NCBI GenBank assembly: GCA_937868205.1
Contig: CALMMC010000124.1
Coordinates: forward strand, 33,046 to 97,045
Source of the DNA: an uncultured bacterium
GTDB lineage: Bacteria > Acidobacteriota > Aminicenantia > Aminicenantales > UBA4085
Direction: 5' to 3'
DNA length: 64,000 nt
Shown here: in pieces, positions 18,044-26,761 of the stretch
Position numbering within the stretch: position 1 is the stretch's first letter
Layout of the letters: every line of letters begins with the position of its first letter
Translations under genes and position numbers: made by a program
Notes under the pieces: model-generated
What the model was told of the DNA's origin: nothing
What the model saw: only the letters and a program-made list of their open reading frames with translations
Databases searched by the model: none

Positions 18044-18814
18044 CTACTTAATGATGGTTTTGTATTTTTCGAAAATCTGCTTCAGCTGAAGCTTGGTCAC
18101 GACGTATCCGCTGAGAGTCATCGAAATCGTCGACCGGAGGGGGTCGTTGGTCTTAAAAAGAATGAATTCACGGACGAATCCCGCCCGGCCCGCCAGCGGG
18201 AAACGGACGGTGATCTCCGCTTCTTTTCCAGCCGCGACCTTGATGGGAAAGGCGGCCGGCTTTCCCTTGGCGAAAAAGGCGGCTCCCGGCAGGGCGCATT
18301 CAAACGAGAGCTCCAGCTCGCCGCGGTTCTTGACGACGACGGGAGTCTCCAGGGATTCCCCTTCAACGATCAGCCCGGCGTCATAAGTATACTGGCTCAA
18401 GTCGATCTTCGGCTGAGGGGGGACATCCACGGCCGCTTGGACTTTAAGCTGGATCCGGCGGGCGTTCGGGTCGTTGGACTCCACATAGATATATTTGACG
18501 ACTTCGCCGCTGTAGCCGGCGGATTTGAACGTGACCTGAAGCTTCCCCGCTTTGCCGGGATTTACTTTTTTGTCCGAGACCAAGACCGCGGTGCAGCCGC
18601 AGGAGGACTCGACGTTGCCGATCTGGAGCACGTCGTCGCCCTCGTTCGTGAAAACGAAATCAACCGAGACGTCCTGACCTTGCTTGATCTTGCCGAAATC
18701 CCACGATTCCGTCTTGAACACGATTTTCGGCTTCACGGCCGCGGCCGCTCCGGCGGCCAGAACGGCCGCGAGGCAAAGGGCGACGGCCGTTTTAAGCGAA
18801 CGGTTTCTGCTCAT
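18044..18814 (-). CDS. DUF1573-domain secreted protein (two tandem DUF1573 repeats)
   Basis: Signal peptide MSRNRSLKTAVALCLAAVLAAGAAAA; VFTNEGDDVLQIGNVESSCGCT, the hallmark DUF1573 motif; start chosen at the ATG with a GGGAGG Shine-Dalgarno rather than the longer ORF. Confidence 0.7.
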   Translation of the reverse strand: MSRNRSLKTAVALCLAAVLAAGAAAAVKPKIVFKTESWDFGKIKQGQDVSVDFVFTNEGDDVLQIGNVESSCGCTAVLVSDKKVNPGKAGKLQVTFKSAGYSGEVVKYIYVESNDPNARRIQLKVQAAVDVPPQPKIDLSQYTYDAGLIVEGESLETPVVVKNRGELELSFECALPGAAFFAKGKPAAFPIKVAAGKEAEITVRFPLAGRAGFVREFILFKTNDPLRSTISMTLSGYVVTKLQLKQIFEKYKTIIK

Positions 18815-18939
18815 GGGAACCTCCCTGACGACCAAAATGTACATCATTTCAACCCCCCTCTTCAAGGAGGCAAGCGAACGCCTCACGAAGTCCCTCCAGG
18901 GAAGGGAGGGGATGAATGAGGCGTCCCTTCATCGGGAGG

Positions 18940-18961
18940 TTGCCGCGGAACGCCGCGGCAA
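18940..18961. repeat. Perfect inverted repeat TTGCCGCGG-aacg-CCGCGGCAA in the divergent intergenic region
   Basis: 9-bp arms are exact reverse complements with a 4-nt spacer, 59 nt upstream of the OMP gene at 19020. Confidence 0.5.
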
Positions 18962-19019
18962 GTAAGATAGGCGTCCTCATGGCTGCCGCCAACCCTTTGA
19001 GGTTCGAACGGATGACAAA

Positions 19020-19916
19020 ATGAAACGGTCTCTCTTTCCAGGCGTTGTTCTGGCCCTGGCGGTCCTGGCCGCCGGCCCGGCGGCCTCCCTCGGCCGGGAA
19101 TCCGCCCCGTCCACGGCCGGCGATGCTCCCCCCCGTCTCTGGGAACGGGTGGAAATCGTTGTTTTCGGCGGACTCGGCCTCCCGGCGGCGGAGGGAATGT
19201 CGCTCCATCGGGCCGAGACCGCCTCTCCGGCGGCTTCCCCGACGGTTGAGAACCGAATCCGGACATCCTCCGCCCCGGCCGTGTTCACCGGCGCGGCCGC
19301 GACCTTTTTCTTGAAAAACGGATTCGGGATCCAAGCGGGCTTCGGCTACCTCAAAGCCGGATTGGAAAGCGTCGGCCGGTTCTCCTGGAATCCGCCCGGA
19401 TCGACGCCGGCCTCGACCGCCGTCGACGGAGGGGGCGAAGGCGAGATCACGTCCGTCCCCTTTTTCATCGGGGTTTTCAAGAGCTTCGAATTCCGCTTCG
19501 CCGGAAAAGCTCTTCGGGCGCACGTCGCCGCCGGTCCGGCTCTTTTTTTCCATTCGATCCTGACCTCGAGCCAGGCGGGCGCGGTGGCGATCCGGGACGG
19601 CCTGACGGACGCGATCCTCGTCCCCGTCCGCGTGGAGGACACCACCTGGATCTCCCCCGGCGCGACGGCCGGGGCCGGACTCGATCTTCCGCTCTCTCCG
19701 GCCCTTTCCCTCGCCGTCGAGGGACGTTACGGCTTCGCTCCGCGGAAAGAATTTTCCTGGATTTGGACGCCGGGCGTCTATGACGGGATTTTTCACCGGG
19801 TGGCCGCTTTCAACTTCGACGAGGCGGCCGCGGCCCGGGAAGCCGGGCGGACGACACCCTTGTCCGTCGACCCGTCGTTTTTTCAGATCGCCATCGGATT
19901 GAAGCTGATTTTTTAA
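19020..19916 (+). CDS. Hypothetical outer-membrane beta-barrel protein
   Basis: Signal peptide MKRSLFPGVVLALAVLAAGPAAS, amphipathic beta-strand pattern, terminal …IGLKLIF (C-terminal Phe); paralogous to the C-terminal domain of the next gene. Confidence 0.5.
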   Translation: MKRSLFPGVVLALAVLAAGPAASLGRESAPSTAGDAPPRLWERVEIVVFGGLGLPAAEGMSLHRAETASPAASPTVENRIRTSSAPAVFTGAAATFFLKNGFGIQAGFGYLKAGLESVGRFSWNPPGSTPASTAVDGGGEGEITSVPFFIGVFKSFEFRFAGKALRAHVAAGPALFFHSILTSSQAGAVAIRDGLTDAILVPVRVEDTTWISPGATAGAGLDLPLSPALSLAVEGRYGFAPRKEFSWIWTPGVYDGIFHRVAAFNFDEAAAAREAGRTTPLSVDPSFFQIAIGLKLIF

Positions 19917-19937
19917 GCCGCCGCCCGGCCGCAAACG

Positions 19938-19946
19938 TGCTATACT
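19938..19946 (+). promoter_or_regulatory. Candidate extended -10 element TGcTATACT
   Basis: 29 nt upstream of the ATG (19975) with a GGAGG Shine-Dalgarno in between; the identical 9-mer recurs at 26746-26754. Confidence 0.3.
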
Positions 19947-19974
19947 GAAGGCGAATCCGGATCGGAGGTTGGAA

Positions 19975-21219
19975 ATGGAATATCGCGCGACCCGCATCCT
20001 CCCGATCGCTTTCCTGGGATTCATCCTCGCCGCGGCAGCCGCCTTCGGCTCGCCTGTCATCAAGCTCAAAGTCACGGCCGAAATCGCCAACGTCCGGGTC
20101 AAGCCGTTTATCGGCAGCAACATCGTCCGCCAGTTCCCCGAAGGCACGGTTCTCGAGGCCGCGCGCAAGGAAGGGGAATGGTTCCTGGTCAAGATGGAGC
20201 CCGACGAGACCGGCACGATCTCCGGTTATGTTCACGAAAGCCTGGTTTTGGCTCTCGAGGACATTCCCATCACCGAGCCCGTTCCCGCTCCGGTCGTCGA
20301 GATCCCTCCGGTCGAGGAAGTCGAAAAGGAAGAGCCGCCGCCGGCCAAGGCCGTCCCCCGGCCGAAAGCGACCCAACCCGCCCCGGTCGAGCCCCCGCCG
20401 TCCGTCTACGAGGCGACCCGGGAAATCATGGTCGCGGCGGCCGCCGAAAGTCCCGTTTCACTCTTCCTTTGGGGCGGCGGCGGAATAACGGCCGTCGGGG
20501 ATTTGAACGACGGCATCCAAGGCCTGGCAGATTTCTATGCCGACCAGATCCATCGGCCGGCCGGCGGAGAGACCGCCCCCCTCCGGACCGGGCTGCAATA
20601 CGGCGGCGAAATCGGATTCAAGCTTCTCCCGCGGCTGCGTCTCTCGGTGGGCGCCGAATTTCTCCGGGCATCCAAGAAAAACGTCCTGGCCTTTGCCGGC
20701 GATTCCGAAATCCCGTCCGATCTGACGGTCAAGCCCTCGTTTTCCGCAATTCCCGTACATCTTACGCTCGCTTATTATCCCCTGGACTTCCTCTATCTCA
20801 AGGCCGGAGCCGGCTATTTCTTCACCCGGGCGGAATACCGTTATGTCTTCACTCATGGAGACATCCTGCGGGATTGGGAAGGGGAGGCGACCGCTTCGGG
20901 AGCCGGCTTCCTGGCGGGAATCGGCCTCGATTTATCCTTAGGCCGCTATTTCTGTCTCACGGCCGAAGCGAGCGGGCGGTACGCGAAAATTTCCGGATTC
21001 TCGGGAACCAACGCCTACCGCGACGAGATTTCAACCGAACCGTATCTTGAGACGGGCACCCTCTACGCTTTTGACGTTCGAACCACGAGCCGGACCGCGT
21101 ATCCCCTGGTCTTCATCCGGAACGGGAAACCGTTCGAAAGCGGCGTGGAGAACGCCCGGGAAGCGCGGCTCGATCTGACCGGGCTCTCCGTCCGGATCGG
21201 GTTGAAATACCGATTCTAA
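19975..21219 (+). CDS. SH3b-domain / proline-rich linker / outer-membrane beta-barrel protein
   Basis: Signal peptide; SH3b-like N-domain (ANVRVKPFIGSNIVRQFPEGTVLEAARKEGEWFLVKM...GYVHESLV); about 60-aa Pro/Glu/Val linker; beta-barrel ending …RIGLKYRF. Confidence 0.55.
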   Translation: MEYRATRILPIAFLGFILAAAAAFGSPVIKLKVTAEIANVRVKPFIGSNIVRQFPEGTVLEAARKEGEWFLVKMEPDETGTISGYVHESLVLALEDIPITEPVPAPVVEIPPVEEVEKEEPPPAKAVPRPKATQPAPVEPPPSVYEATREIMVAAAAESPVSLFLWGGGGITAVGDLNDGIQGLADFYADQIHRPAGGETAPLRTGLQYGGEIGFKLLPRLRLSVGAEFLRASKKNVLAFAGDSEIPSDLTVKPSFSAIPVHLTLAYYPLDFLYLKAGAGYFFTRAEYRYVFTHGDILRDWEGEATASGAGFLAGIGLDLSLGRYFCLTAEASGRYAKISGFSGTNAYRDEISTEPYLETGTLYAFDVRTTSRTAYPLVFIRNGKPFESGVENAREARLDLTGLSVRIGLKYRF

Positions 21220-21905
21220 TCCGCCGGCCGCTTTTTCAACAAGGCCAGATGGTAGGCGTGGATTCCGCCGAACAGCGGAAGGACGCGGACGACGGAGAAT
21301 CCCGCCTCGCCGGCGGCTTTTTCAAACACCCCGGGCTCGACCATCTTGATGTTCGTCCGGCTCTTGCCGAAGGCCCGGCGGAGACGCCGCTGAACCTCGT
21401 GCAGGCCGTTGGCCCGGTAGAACGAAACGAGAGCATACGCCGAGGAGACCCGGGAAAACTCTCCCAGAATCGCCTCCCGGCTCTCGGGGGAGTGGATATG
21501 GTGGAACAAGCGGATGGAAAAAACGAGATCGAAGGCTCCGGCCCGGAACGGCAGCCGGCGCGCGTCGGCCGCGAGCACCGGAATCCCGCGTCCGGCCCCT
21601 CCCTCCTCCGGCGCCCCCCCGGCCGTGTTTTCCGCCGCCCGGCGGGCCATCTCGAGCGAGAGGTCCGCGCCGACGACCTCAAGCCCCCGGTCCCGGAGCA
21701 TCGCCGTGAACCGGCCGTAACCGCAGGGCATGTCGAGAACCCGCCTCATTCCGTCGCGGCCGGCGGCGTCTTTCGCGGCCTCGGCAAGCATCTTCCGGAT
21801 GATCTTCGTCTCCCGGGCATGGACGATCCTCTGGTCGAGTCCTCGATAGCGGCGCTTTTCATACTCCCGCACGCCACCCCCGGTGAATCTACTTGAAGAT
21901 GACAT
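21216..21905 (-). CDS. Class I SAM-dependent methyltransferase (Methyltransf_11-like)
   Basis: VLDMPCGYGRF (motif I), DLVFSIRLFHHI (motif II/III). Start chosen at the ATG with a GGGAG Shine-Dalgarno; the long upstream ORF extension is R/G-rich and not protein-like. Confidence 0.75.
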   Translation of the reverse strand: MSSSSRFTGGGVREYEKRRYRGLDQRIVHARETKIIRKMLAEAAKDAAGRDGMRRVLDMPCGYGRFTAMLRDRGLEVVGADLSLEMARRAAENTAGGAPEEGGAGRGIPVLAADARRLPFRAGAFDLVFSIRLFHHIHSPESREAILGEFSRVSSAYALVSFYRANGLHEVQRRLRRAFGKSRTNIKMVEPGVFEKAAGEAGFSVVRVLPLFGGIHAYHLALLKKRPAD

Positions 21906-23211
21906 AACGCGGACTCCCATCGAGACGGATAAGACCGCCGTCGCGGTCCTGGGCGAGGCCGCGGCCGCTCCGGTCCAAGACGCTGGCGACCGGCCGGTCG
22001 AACTCCCGGCGAAGCGGCCCTCCCCGCGTCCAGGCCAGGGCGAACTCCCGGCCGCCCTTGCGGAAATGATAGACTTCACCGCCCCGGCCGGCTGTCCCTC
22101 CGCCCCGGGGCGTCTCCTCCTTGCCGGTGAACACGCTTCCGGAAAGCATGGACGCCATGAAGGCGAACGCGGCGTAGCTCGGCCGTTTCCGCCAGGGCGA
22201 CTCCCGGCTGTCGACCAGGCCGTATCCGGGCGCGACGAGCTGCCACCAATAGGCGCGGTCGATCCATCCGCTCGCCAAGGCGATGACGTAATACCGCACC
22301 AGGAAATCCGCCTGGACGTCCTCTCCGACGTTGGGCTTGCCGGCCGCCGGCGACCAGGCCCCGGTGTTCTCCAAGGGCCAATTGAATTCCGTGATCCAAG
22401 CGGGCCGGCCGCCCGGGACGAGCACGTCGGCGCACGCCCGAAAGAAAGCGATTTTTTTCGCCGCCGTGAATCCATACTGGGGATTCTCCGGAGCGCCGAC
22501 GCGATCGACGTACAAAAGCGAGCTGATCACGTCGAAATCCACGGCCCTTAGAACGGGCGGATAGAGGTGATATTCGAAATCGATGACCGCCGGGCCGATG
22601 AGCTTGATGTTTTTTCGGCCGATCCGGTCGCGGGCGGCCGCGGCCGCCCGGGCCAGGCGGATATATTCCCGGTGGTCCCAAACCCCCCATTTCGTCCGGT
22701 TCCAAGCATGCCCGATTTCAAAATAGGGACAGGCCGGGCCGAGGCGGTCGAAAGCGGACTCCGCGAAATCCGTCCAGGCTTCCACGGCGAACACGTCCTC
22801 TCGCCGCTGCAGCAGGGCGGCCGCCGGTTCGAAGCCCTCTGAATGAAGGCGGCCGGCGAATCCGGCATAATCCTCGAGCCGATCCCTTTCCCACGAGGGA
22901 AAACGGAACAGCACCCGGCGGACGCCCGTTTCCCGAAGCAGGGCCAGGACGGCGTCCGTTTCGCCGGGACGGCCGAAGCGCGGCGAAACCGCCAGGCCGA
23001 ACATGCCGGGAGTGATGTCCACCGGCCGGCGGAACAGGCGTCGGCGGAGCGCCCGGTATCGCCAAAAAATCGCCGGGTCCCAAACGAGGTTGAGGCCGAT
23101 CAGCTCCAAGTAGGACGGCCAGCGGCGAAGATGATGCCGGGTCCGATCGGACCGCGGAGCGACATTGTGCGGCTGATCGGCCATGTCATTCCACTCGAAT
23201 TTGAACCTCAT
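21889..23211 (-). CDS. TIM-barrel glycoside-hydrolase-like protein (GH-A clan-like ITEFNWP nucleophile region, acid/base NEP motif not evident)
   Basis: Trp-rich sequence with an ITEF motif; the N-terminal 180 aa of the tracked ORF overlap the upstream kinase gene in another frame and are judged spurious; starts 7 nt after the kinase stop. Confidence 0.45.
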   Translation of the reverse strand: MRFKFEWNDMADQPHNVAPRSDRTRHHLRRWPSYLELIGLNLVWDPAIFWRYRALRRRLFRRPVDITPGMFGLAVSPRFGRPGETDAVLALLRETGVRRVLFRFPSWERDRLEDYAGFAGRLHSEGFEPAAALLQRREDVFAVEAWTDFAESAFDRLGPACPYFEIGHAWNRTKWGVWDHREYIRLARAAAAARDRIGRKNIKLIGPAVIDFEYHLYPPVLRAVDFDVISSLLYVDRVGAPENPQYGFTAAKKIAFFRACADVLVPGGRPAWITEFNWPLENTGAWSPAAGKPNVGEDVQADFLVRYYVIALASGWIDRAYWWQLVAPGYGLVDSRESPWRKRPSYAAFAFMASMLSGSVFTGKEETPRGGGTAGRGGEVYHFRKGGREFALAWTRGGPLRREFDRPVASVLDRSGRGLAQDRDGGLIRLDGSPRYVIFK

Positions 23212-23218
23212 GATCGAA

Positions 23219-24049
23219 TCACTGGATCCGGAGCCGGCGGGCGAGGGCCCGGAGGCGGAGCCTTTTTTTGAAAGCCAGCCAGGAGATAAAAACCCGCTTG
23301 GAAATCCGGTAAGACAAACCGAACCGTCGCCGCCGGAACCGGCCGCCCGCCGCCGCGGCGTATTGGTCGAGAAAAAACGGCTGGAGTCCGGGCGGCACGC
23401 CCAGGCGGACGAGATTCCGGGCCCGGTTGAAAATCCCCGGCCGCCGGCGCCGGACCCGGTTCGTATCGAGAAACAGAAACCGGAATCCGCCTCCGGCCGG
23501 AGCGGCCGCGGCCTCTTCGTTTTCAAAAACGAGAATGTTGCCGTCGGAAAGATCGCGATGGACGATCCCCCGGCCGTGCAGGCGGGCGAGAACCGGGGCC
23601 AACGAGGAAAGCAGGCGGCGCAAAACGATCTCGGAAGACTGGAGGAAGTGCTCCCGGATTTCCCGTCCGCCTCTGACGCGGCCGGAGATGAAGACGCTTT
23701 CAACGGCGATTCCGCCGCGGCGGCGTTCAAACACGGCGATCGGCTCGGCCGTTTCAAAGCCGTTTTCCACCAGAGCCAGGGCTCCCTTCCAGGCCCGAAG
23801 TCCTTTGGAGGGAAGAAGCAGGGTTTTCCACTTCTGAACCCCGCGCGTCCCGAAGATCTTCACGACGGCGTCCCGGTCCGGGGAAAGACGGACGGCGATG
23901 ACTTGATTTCGTCCGGCCTGGAGCGTTTCAGCCTCGGGCGAGCGGAGAAATCCCGGAAAATCCTCCAGAGCGGCGGCCGCCGCCTCTCCTTCCCGGGAGG
24001 CCGTTCGGAAGCCGCGGTAGGGCGGGACGGCGAGCGGGCGGATTTCCAT
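23219..24049 (-). CDS. Lipopolysaccharide kinase (Kdo/WaaP/InaA-like protein-kinase fold)
   Basis: HRDLSDGNILV catalytic loop and FLDTN(R) DFG-equivalent typical of the Kdo/WaaP family. The start ATG shares a nucleotide with the upstream stop (TGATG). Confidence 0.7.
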   Translation of the reverse strand: MEIRPLAVPPYRGFRTASREGEAAAAALEDFPGFLRSPEAETLQAGRNQVIAVRLSPDRDAVVKIFGTRGVQKWKTLLLPSKGLRAWKGALALVENGFETAEPIAVFERRRGGIAVESVFISGRVRGGREIREHFLQSSEIVLRRLLSSLAPVLARLHGRGIVHRDLSDGNILVFENEEAAAAPAGGGFRFLFLDTNRVRRRRPGIFNRARNLVRLGVPPGLQPFFLDQYAAAAGGRFRRRRFGLSYRISKRVFISWLAFKKRLRLRALARRLRIQ

Positions 24050-25200
24050 CACCGGCCTCCTCCCGGCGCCGGCGGAGAAAGGGCGAAAGCCGGCCCGAAG
24101 TGATCGGCCGCGAAGCCGGCGAGGCGGCGGGCCACGGCCTCCGGGGTGAACTCGCGGCGGACGAGGGAAAAGCCGGCCCGGGCGATCCGCTCCCGTCGGC
24201 CGGGATCTCGGGCCAACTCGAGAACGGCCCGGGCCAGGGATTCCGGATCCGGTTTGTCGCATAAAACGATGTTTTTGTCGTGGGCGAAGAATTCCTCAAC
24301 GGCCGGAGTCCTGAGAGTGACGACCGGACGGGCCAGGCCCATCGCCTGGAAGATTTTATGGGGAACGACCCGCCGCGTTTTCGCGGTCCGGCCGAAGATC
24401 CCCAGGCAAACGTCCGCCGCAGCCGCCGCCCGGGCGAGTTCCGTCATGGGCACGCGCCCCGAGAAATCGATGTTGGCTAAATCCGCGGCCGCCGCCCGGG
24501 TCGCAGCCGACGTCCGCCCCTCTCCGATCAGCCGGAAGCGGATCGACCGATCCCGCAGCCAAACCAAACGGGCCGCCTCGACAATGATCTCGACTCCGTG
24601 AAGGGGCAGAAACGAGCCGAAAAAGAGGACCTGAAAACCGTTGCCGGGCCGGAGCGCCCGGGAGAGGAGTTCCGTCTCCGCCGGCGGGCGGAAAACGTCG
24701 TCGTCGTAGCCCAAGGGCACAACCTCGACCTTGGCCGGCGAAAGGCCGTAGGTTTCGCAATAATACCTCTTATGGGCGGCCGTGTCGGCCAAGACGAGAT
24801 CGGCCAAGGCGAAGGATGCCCGGTCGATCTGGAAATTCCACCAGGCCCCGGGCGAGTCCGGGCGCCCCCAGCCCCAGTCAATGACTTTCGTCTCGTAGCG
24901 GGCGGCGAGCGGATCGAAAATCAACGGCCGGGCGGTCAAAGAGGCGAGCAACCGGGCCGGGGGGACGTCCTTGGCGCAGAACTCCGGGACGAAGAGACAG
25001 CGGCCGGCCGCCGCCCCCTCCGGCCGGAGAAGGCCCCGACGGAACGCATCCAGGAGAAGCAGCGGGTGACGGGCCCAGGATTTCAGCCCCGCCCCAAAGC
25101 GGCATTCGACGACTTCGGCTCCAATCCGGCCGAGACCCTTGCGGAGAACCGCGCCGCGCGGGTAGCCCGGAAGAAAACCGCCGAAAAATTCAAAACGCAC
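24049..25200 (-). CDS. Glycosyltransferase family 4 (GT-B, RfaG-like)
   Basis: GTG start; C-terminal donor-binding domain; motif region consistent with E-x7-E. Confidence 0.75.
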   Translation of the reverse strand: MRFEFFGGFLPGYPRGAVLRKGLGRIGAEVVECRFGAGLKSWARHPLLLLDAFRRGLLRPEGAAAGRCLFVPEFCAKDVPPARLLASLTARPLIFDPLAARYETKVIDWGWGRPDSPGAWWNFQIDRASFALADLVLADTAAHKRYYCETYGLSPAKVEVVPLGYDDDVFRPPAETELLSRALRPGNGFQVLFFGSFLPLHGVEIIVEAARLVWLRDRSIRFRLIGEGRTSAATRAAAADLANIDFSGRVPMTELARAAAAADVCLGIFGRTAKTRRVVPHKIFQAMGLARPVVTLRTPAVEEFFAHDKNIVLCDKPDPESLARAVLELARDPGRRERIARAGFSLVRREFTPEAVARRLAGFAADHFGPAFALSPPAPGGGR

Positions 25201-25333
25201 GGACCTGTTTTATTCCACGGCTTCGGCTCTTGTCAATCGGGAAGGCGCTTCTTAAGGCTTTATCTCGATTTCGGATCGGGGCAGCCGAAGCCGGGAGGAA
25301 GGAGGCGGGATTAGAGGGAAGCGACCCTGAACG

Positions 25334-25362
25334 ATTGACGGCGATCGAGCGGTGGCGTATCC
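25334..25362 (+). promoter_or_regulatory. Candidate sigma70-type promoter TTGACG-17-TATCCT for the trm112-heptosyltransferase operon
   Basis: Canonical spacing, 35 nt upstream of the AGGAG Shine-Dalgarno / ATG at 25397. Confidence 0.25.
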
Positions 25363-25396
25363 TTACGGCAGCGGAGACCATCCGCAGGAGTCCGTC

Positions 25397-25585
25397 ATGG
25401 CCCTCGACTCTTTTCTCCTCGACATTCTCGCCTGCCCGGAATGCCAGGGCGACGTCAAGATCACGGCCGATGAACAAGGCCTCAAGTGCCTCCGCTGCCA
25501 CCGGGTCTATCCGATCCGGGACGACATTCCGGTGATGCTGATCGAGGAAGCGGCGATCGAACCCGGGCGGGCCGTCAAAGAGTGA
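25397..25585 (+). CDS. Trm112/YcaR-family small zinc-ribbon protein
   Basis: LLDILACPECQGDVK...LKCLRCHRVYPIRDDIPVML is the Trm112 (DUF343) signature; AGGAG Shine-Dalgarno 6 nt upstream. Confidence 0.75.
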   Translation: MALDSFLLDILACPECQGDVKITADEQGLKCLRCHRVYPIRDDIPVMLIEEAAIEPGRAVKE

Positions 25586-25586
25586 T

Positions 25587-26651
25587 TTGAATCCCCGCTC
25601 CCTCCTCCTTCTCCGTTTCCGCCGTCTCGGCGACATCGTTCTGACGACGCCGGCCGTCTCCCTCCTCAAGAGCCGGTTTCCCGGCTCCTCCCTGACCTAT
25701 CTCGTCGAAGAGCCGTACCGACGCTTGGTCGAGGGCCATCCCGACATCGACCGGGTCATCGTCGTCCCGGCCAAGCAGAACCGGTCCGATTTCCTCCGCC
25801 TCATCCGGGAGATCCGCCGGGAGCGGTACGACGCGCTTTTGGATTTTCACGGCGGTCCCCGGGCCGCCTGGATCGCGCTCTTGGGAGGCGCCCGTCTCAA
25901 GATCGGCCACGCCATCAAGTCCAAGGGCTTTCTCTACCACCGGACGACGCCCCGGCGCGGTCTCGATTCGCCCCTTCATTCCGTCGAAACCCACGCCGGT
26001 CTCGTCCGGGCCCTGGGCGCGGATTTCCGGAAAGAGGACATCCCTCCCTTGATCCTTCCCCCCGCCCGGCCGGAGGAAATCGCCCGGGTCGAGGCCTTGA
26101 CCGCGGCCGTCGCCTCCGGACAAGCCGGACCGGGCGGCGGCCCCCTCCCCCTCGTCGTTCTTCACATCGGCGCCGGCAACGCCTTCCGGGACTGGGGCGA
26201 GGAAAACGCGGCCGTCCTGGCTTCCCGTCTTCTCGAAATCCCGGGGATCTCCCTCGCCGCTGTCGGCGGCGAAGGCGACCGGCCGCGGGAGGACCGGATC
26301 GCCGCCCGCTTGGGCTCGCCCCGATTCCTTTCCTTGTCCGGACGCTTGAATATGATCGAGGTGCGGGAGCTTGTCCGCCGGGCGGTCCTGTTCATCGGTC
26401 CCGACAGCGGCCCGATGCACCTGGCGGCCGGTACCGCCACGCCGATCATCGCTTACTTCGGCCCGACGCTTCCGGCCTTGTTCGGACCCTGGCGGCCGGG
26501 CCTCAACCCGGCGAAAACGGTGATTCTCGAGACGAATCCGGACTGCCGGCCCTGCCGCCAGCGCGTCTGCGAACCGGGGGATTACCGGTGCCTGCGGAAC
26601 ATATCTCCCGACGAAGTACTTGCCGCCGCCCGGCCGTTTCTTCCTTCCTAG
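25587..26651 (+). CDS. ADP-heptose:LPS heptosyltransferase (GT9, WaaC/WaaF/WaaQ family)
   Basis: LLLRFRRLGDIVLTTPAV N-terminus and GPDSGPMHLAAGTATPIIAYFGPT C-terminal motif typical of GT9; TTG start 1 nt after the Trm112 stop. Confidence 0.85.
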   Translation: MNPRSLLLLRFRRLGDIVLTTPAVSLLKSRFPGSSLTYLVEEPYRRLVEGHPDIDRVIVVPAKQNRSDFLRLIREIRRERYDALLDFHGGPRAAWIALLGGARLKIGHAIKSKGFLYHRTTPRRGLDSPLHSVETHAGLVRALGADFRKEDIPPLILPPARPEEIARVEALTAAVASGQAGPGGGPLPLVVLHIGAGNAFRDWGEENAAVLASRLLEIPGISLAAVGGEGDRPREDRIAARLGSPRFLSLSGRLNMIEVRELVRRAVLFIGPDSGPMHLAAGTATPIIAYFGPTLPALFGPWRPGLNPAKTVILETNPDCRPCRQRVCEPGDYRCLRNISPDEVLAAARPFLPS

Positions 26652-26745
26652 TCCGCCCTCCCGCCTTCCCTCCCGGCGGAGGATCCGGCCGCTTGAATCC
26701 GTCCTCGTTTCCCCTGAGACGGGCGTTCAATTCGCTGAAAATAAA

Positions 26746-26754
26746 TGCTATACT
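26746..26754 (+). promoter_or_regulatory. Candidate extended -10 element TGcTATACT immediately upstream of waaL (possible leaderless transcript)
   Basis: Same 9-mer as at 19938; only 7 nt before the ATG at 26762. Confidence 0.25.
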
Positions 26755-26761
26755 CCCCCCC

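Noticed and set aside
14510-18919. Long plus-strand ORFs 14510..15940 and 17495..18919
   Set aside because: Antisense to topA and dprA/DUF1573; arginine-rich nonsense translations.
18849-20216. 455-aa minus-strand ORF overlapping the OMP gene
   Set aside because: R/G-rich with no signal or domain; the plus-strand OMP ORF has a signal peptide, beta-strand periodicity and a C-terminal Phe.
23212-23757. N-terminal 182-aa extension of ORF 21889..23757
   Set aside because: Overlaps the Kdo/WaaP-like kinase gene in another frame and is low-complexity (S/A/G-rich); the start was moved to the ATG at 23211.
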